This document shows, piece after piece, positions 63,196 to 64,000 of a DNA stretch of 64,000 nucleotides. Both the position numbers and the translations under genes were made by a program. The first letter of the stretch is position 1, and each line of letters opens with the position of its first letter. The notes beneath the pieces were generated by a model that did no database searches, had not been told where the DNA came from, and saw only the letters and a program-made list of their open reading frames with translations. The stretch is from a bacterium (GTDB taxonomy: Bacteria; Patescibacteriota; Patescibacteriia; JBAXGH01), in the NCBI GenBank assembly GCA_037139515.1, contig JBAXGH010000002.1, forward strand, positions 17,727 to 81,726, given 5' to 3'.

Positions 63196-63900
63196 TTACG
63201 CTTTCGCGGGCGCCGCGACTTCCGCGCGCACCGGTTTCGTCTCCGTCGAATGGCCTTCGGCTTTACCAAAGACTTCACCGCGATAGATCCAGACTTTGAC
63301 ACCTATCGTGCCCATCATGGTCTGTGCGAAGTCCTGACAGTAGTCGATATCGGCACGGAGGTTGTGAAGAGGAATTTTTCCGGAAACGAGCTGTTCGCGA
63401 CGTGCGATTTCAGCACCGTTCAAACGTCCGGAAACGCGCACTTTGACGCCGAGAGCACCGGCCTTGAAAGCGCGTTCAATGGCGCCCTTCATGGAACGAC
63501 GATACGGCATGCGCTTTTCGATGTCAGCGATGATCTGCTGAGCAACGACCGGGGCGGAAAGTGCCGGTTTCGAGATTTCCTCGACGGAAATCGAGAGCTG
63601 GACACGGCGTCCACGGAAGAACTTGTTCATGATCTTTTTCTTCAAGTCTTCAGCACCGACGCCTGAGCGACCGATGACGAGACCCGGCTTAGCCGTGCGG
63701 ATAATCACGTTGATTCCCTTGGCTTTGCGTTCGATCATGACTTCCGAAACCTGAGCCTCGCGCAAATCCTTCAAAAGAAAAGCGCGCACCGTAACATCTT
63801 GCTCGAGGTTCTTCTTGAAATCGCGACCAGCGAACCACTTAGAGCTCCAGGTCGTTGTGACGCCCAGTCGGAAAGCTTTTGGATGTACCTTATTTCCCAT
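63196..63900 (-). CDS. rpsC: 30S ribosomal protein S3
   Basis: MGNKVHP..FRLG, KPGLVIGR, GRLNGAEIAR, GVKVWI. Confidence 0.97.
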   Translation of the reverse strand: MGNKVHPKAFRLGVTTTWSSKWFAGRDFKKNLEQDVTVRAFLLKDLREAQVSEVMIERKAKGINVIIRTAKPGLVIGRSGVGAEDLKKKIMNKFFRGRRVQLSISVEEISKPALSAPVVAQQIIADIEKRMPYRRSMKGAIERAFKAGALGVKVRVSGRLNGAEIARREQLVSGKIPLHNLRADIDYCQDFAQTMMGTIGVKVWIYRGEVFGKAEGHSTETKPVRAEVAAPAKA

Positions 63901-63905
63901 AGGAG

Positions 63906-64000
63906 TTATTTAGTGGTTTTCTTCGCGGCCGGTTTTTTGGCGATTTTAGTCTCTTGCTTTCTTGCTTCTTCGCCTTCTTGTTTTGCTTCCGATCCCTTGA
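63906..64000 (-). CDS. rplV: 3' end of probable 50S ribosomal protein L22 (Lys/Ala/Glu-rich tail), truncated by window edge
   Basis: Open frame ...KGSEAKQEGEEARKQETKIAKKPAAKKTTK* just upstream of rpsC; identity from synteny only. Confidence 0.6.
   Translation of the reverse strand, partial: KGSEAKQEGEEARKQETKIAKKPAAKKTTK

Noticed and set aside
1-64000. Alternative genetic code (UGA=Gly as in Gracilibacteria)
   Set aside because: Conserved genes are full length under the standard code and several end in TGA at the expected positions

Overview
Chromosomal window from a bacterium with Patescibacteria (CPR)-like hallmarks: rpmD/L30 is missing from the spc operon, AspRS lacks the GAD insertion, there are giant fibre-like surface proteins, and core genes lack Shine-Dalgarno (SD) sites. 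The taxonomy is an inference. Almost all genes are on the minus strand. From left to right: (1) 1-13.8 kb, a surface-glycan cluster (GT2, WbsX/GH99-like, GT4+GT2, three class I SAM methyltransferases, a NoeA-like kinase/methyltransferase, an LtaS/sulfatase-fold membrane protein, an O-antigen-ligase/O-OTase-like TPR protein); (2) 13.8-31.6 kb, two paralogous giant secreted tail-fibre-like proteins (3408 and 2471 aa) with conserved ends and different middles; (3) SPFH protein, parB-parA, three tRNAs and several orphan genes, each with its own promoter, SD and terminator; (4) scpAB, aspS, metK under a SAM-I riboswitch whose P3 stem carries a ~160-bp terminal-inverted-repeat hairpin insertion, sanA-like, asnS, recO, ruvX, map and adk; (5) a presenilin-like protease, a coiled-coil protein and a stand-alone RNAP alpha-CTD gene inserted between secY and adk; (6) the S10/spc ribosomal protein operon from secY to the end of rplV. 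Intergenic DNA is rich in small non-coding hairpin elements (MITE-like, REP-like, inverted heptamer arrays, a tRNA-3'-derived element). No transposase, integrase, reverse transcriptase or cas gene was recognised. All calls come from motif recognition by eye; no database searches were run.
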